From Heptranchias perlo (Eukaryota), in the NCBI RefSeq assembly GCF_035084215.1, contig NC_090345.1:34038001-34102000 (forward strand): a DNA stretch of 64,000 nt, given 5' to 3'. The notes below the pieces were generated by a model that did not search any database, was not told the origin of the DNA, and saw nothing but the letters and a program-made list of their open reading frames with translations. The position numbers and the translations under genes were made by a program. Positions 62,236-64,000 of the stretch are shown one piece after another. The stretch's first letter is position 1. The number at the start of each line of letters is the position of its first letter.

Positions 62236-63150
62236 CTTTTTTTTTATTCATTCATGGGATGTGGGCGCCGCTGGCAAGGCCAGCATTTATTACCCATCCC
62301 TAATTGCCCTTCAGAAGGTGGTGATGAAACGCCTTTTTGAACCGCTGCAGTTCATGTAGTGAAGGTTCTCCCATAATGCTGTTAGGTAGGGAGTTCAAGG
62401 ATTTTGACCCAGCGACGATAAAGGAACGGCGATATATTTCCAAGTTGGGATGGTGTGTGACTTGGAGAGGAACATGCAAGTGGTGTTGTTCCCATGTGCC
62501 TGCTGCCCTTGTCCTTCTAGGTGGTAGAGGTCGCAGGTTTGGGAGGTGCTGTTAAAGAAGCCTTGGCGAGTTGCTGCAGTGCATCCTGTAGATGGTACAC
62601 ACTGCAGCCACAGTGCACCGGTGGTGAAGGAAGTGAATGTTTAGGGTGGTGGATGGGGTGCCAATCAAGCAGGCTGCTTTGTCCTGGATGGTGTCAAGCT
62701 TCTTAAGTGTTGTTGGAGTTGCACTCATCCAGGCAAGTGGAGAGTATTCCATCACACTCCTGACTTGTGCTTTGTAGATGGTGGAAAGGCTTTGGGGAGT
62801 CAGGAGGTGAGTCACTCACTGCATAATACCCAGCCTCTGACCTGCTCTCGTAGCCACAGTATTTATGTGGCTGGTCCAGTTAAGTTTCTGGTCAATGGTG
62901 ACCCCCAAGATGTTGATGGTGGAGGATTTGGCGATGGTAATGCCATTGAATATCAAGGGGAGGTGGTTAGACTCTCTCTTATTGGAGATGGTCATTGCCT
63001 GGCACTTGTCTGGCGCAAATGTTACTTGCCACTTATGAGCCCAAGCCTGGATGTTGTCCAGGTCTTGCTGCATGCGGGCTCGGACTGCTTAATTATCTGA
63101 GGGGTTGCGAATGGAAATGAACACTGTGCAATCATCAGCGAATATCCCCA
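62236..63150 (-). mobile_element. 5'-truncated family B LINE
   Basis: Matches 42051-42968 (MQQDLDNIQAWAHKWQVTFAPDKC); T-run at the left end. Confidence 0.9.
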
Positions 63151-63796
63151 TATCTGCAGGCATTTATCAGGGTGGCTGGATATTACAGTTTTGGCATCAC
63201 CTTGAGGTGGATCATCCATGCCTGCTGCTGGGACACCTTATTGATGGCATGCATATGGCCATGTGTGAGAGGGGACTGCTGGGCAGCAATGAGGTTACTG
63301 AAGCCCTGCTTTATGGTTGTCACAAAAACACTGTCCAACATGGTGAATCCAGGTAATACAAACTGCTGGAGATTGGAGCCCAAAGTCTTTAGAGCCGCAG
63401 TCAGAGCACTTGCGGTGGAATCTAAGCCTGGGGTTGGGACTGTGACCATGAGGACTTCCACTGCAGAGCCCTGCAGGGCTTTGTGACATCCGATTCTTTA
63501 ACTGAAATTTTAAAAAGGATAATTTGAGATAACTTGGGCTATCAATGCTAAAGAAAATCATGAAGAATATACAAAGTGCAGTAGGGAATTGATAAGGGAG
63601 ATTATAAAGGCTAAAAGGGAATATAAAAAAGGTTAGAAGATGAAAAAAAAGGAGTCAGGCTTTTATTAACACATTAAAAGTAAAAGCATAATTCAAGAGA
63701 GTAAAGGGCTGCCCAGGGATAAAGTGAGTTGTGAAGGATTTAGGTTTAGTGAGAAATTAAATCAATATTTTGCTTCTGGTTTTACAAATAACAGTA

Positions 63797-63885
63797 GAAG
63801 TACAGTGGTTATGATATTGGACTAGTAACCCAGATTTCAAATCCCATCATGGCAAGTTGTGAAATTAAATTCAATAAATCTGGTC
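63797..63885 (+). mobile_element. degenerate tRNA-derived head of the same SINE/LINE family
   Basis: agtggttatgatattggactagtaacccag...ttcaaatcccatcatggcaagttgtgaaattaaattcaataaatctgg resembles the reverse complement of 45205-45330. Confidence 0.65.
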
Positions 63886-64000
63886 AAAAAGTAAAACCAT
63901 AGATGCTGGAAATCTGAAAGAAGAACAGAAAATGCTAGAAACACTCAGCAGGTTAGTCAACATCTGTGGAGAGAAGAGATAACATTTCAGGTGCCTTAAT

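Noticed and set aside
60507-64000. Further upstream exons of the host gene
   Set aside because: No segment with both splice sites and family-like translation was found; the region is MITE, CR1 and family B sequence.
1-64000. CRISPR arrays, prokaryotic operons, rRNA genes
   Set aside because: No regularly spaced repeat-spacer array or rRNA-like sequence; the window is spliced vertebrate DNA.

Overview
Eukaryotic, repeat-dense DNA. The CR1, L2, Deu-SINE, LF-SINE-like and Harbinger content points to a cartilaginous fish (shark); the species cannot be determined from sequence alone. The only host gene is on the minus strand: the 3' part of a CC2D2B-like ciliary C2-domain/transglutaminase-like gene. 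I traced 16 GT-AG exons from 60506 down to the TAG at 3390-3392. They are phase-consistent, total 1944 nt (647 aa plus stop), and include a candidate 27-nt microexon. The 5' part of the gene lies beyond the window. Introns hold decayed CR1 LINEs, L2 fragments, SINEs, PIF/Harbinger elements and MITEs, a solo LTR, a Penelope-like hairpin insertion and long inverted repeats. The most striking object is a ~3.3-kb non-LTR retrotransposon (42051-45339, minus). Its 5' end is a tRNA-derived A/B-box head plus an LF-SINE-like core, followed almost directly by one endonuclease-RT reading frame with no ORF1. Its sense strand has no TTTT run at all. This suggests an autonomous, possibly RNA polymerase III-transcribed LINE and a candidate parent of LF-SINE-type SINEs. 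Exon coordinates were read to the base; most repeat boundaries are approximate and family names are from recall, not database searches.
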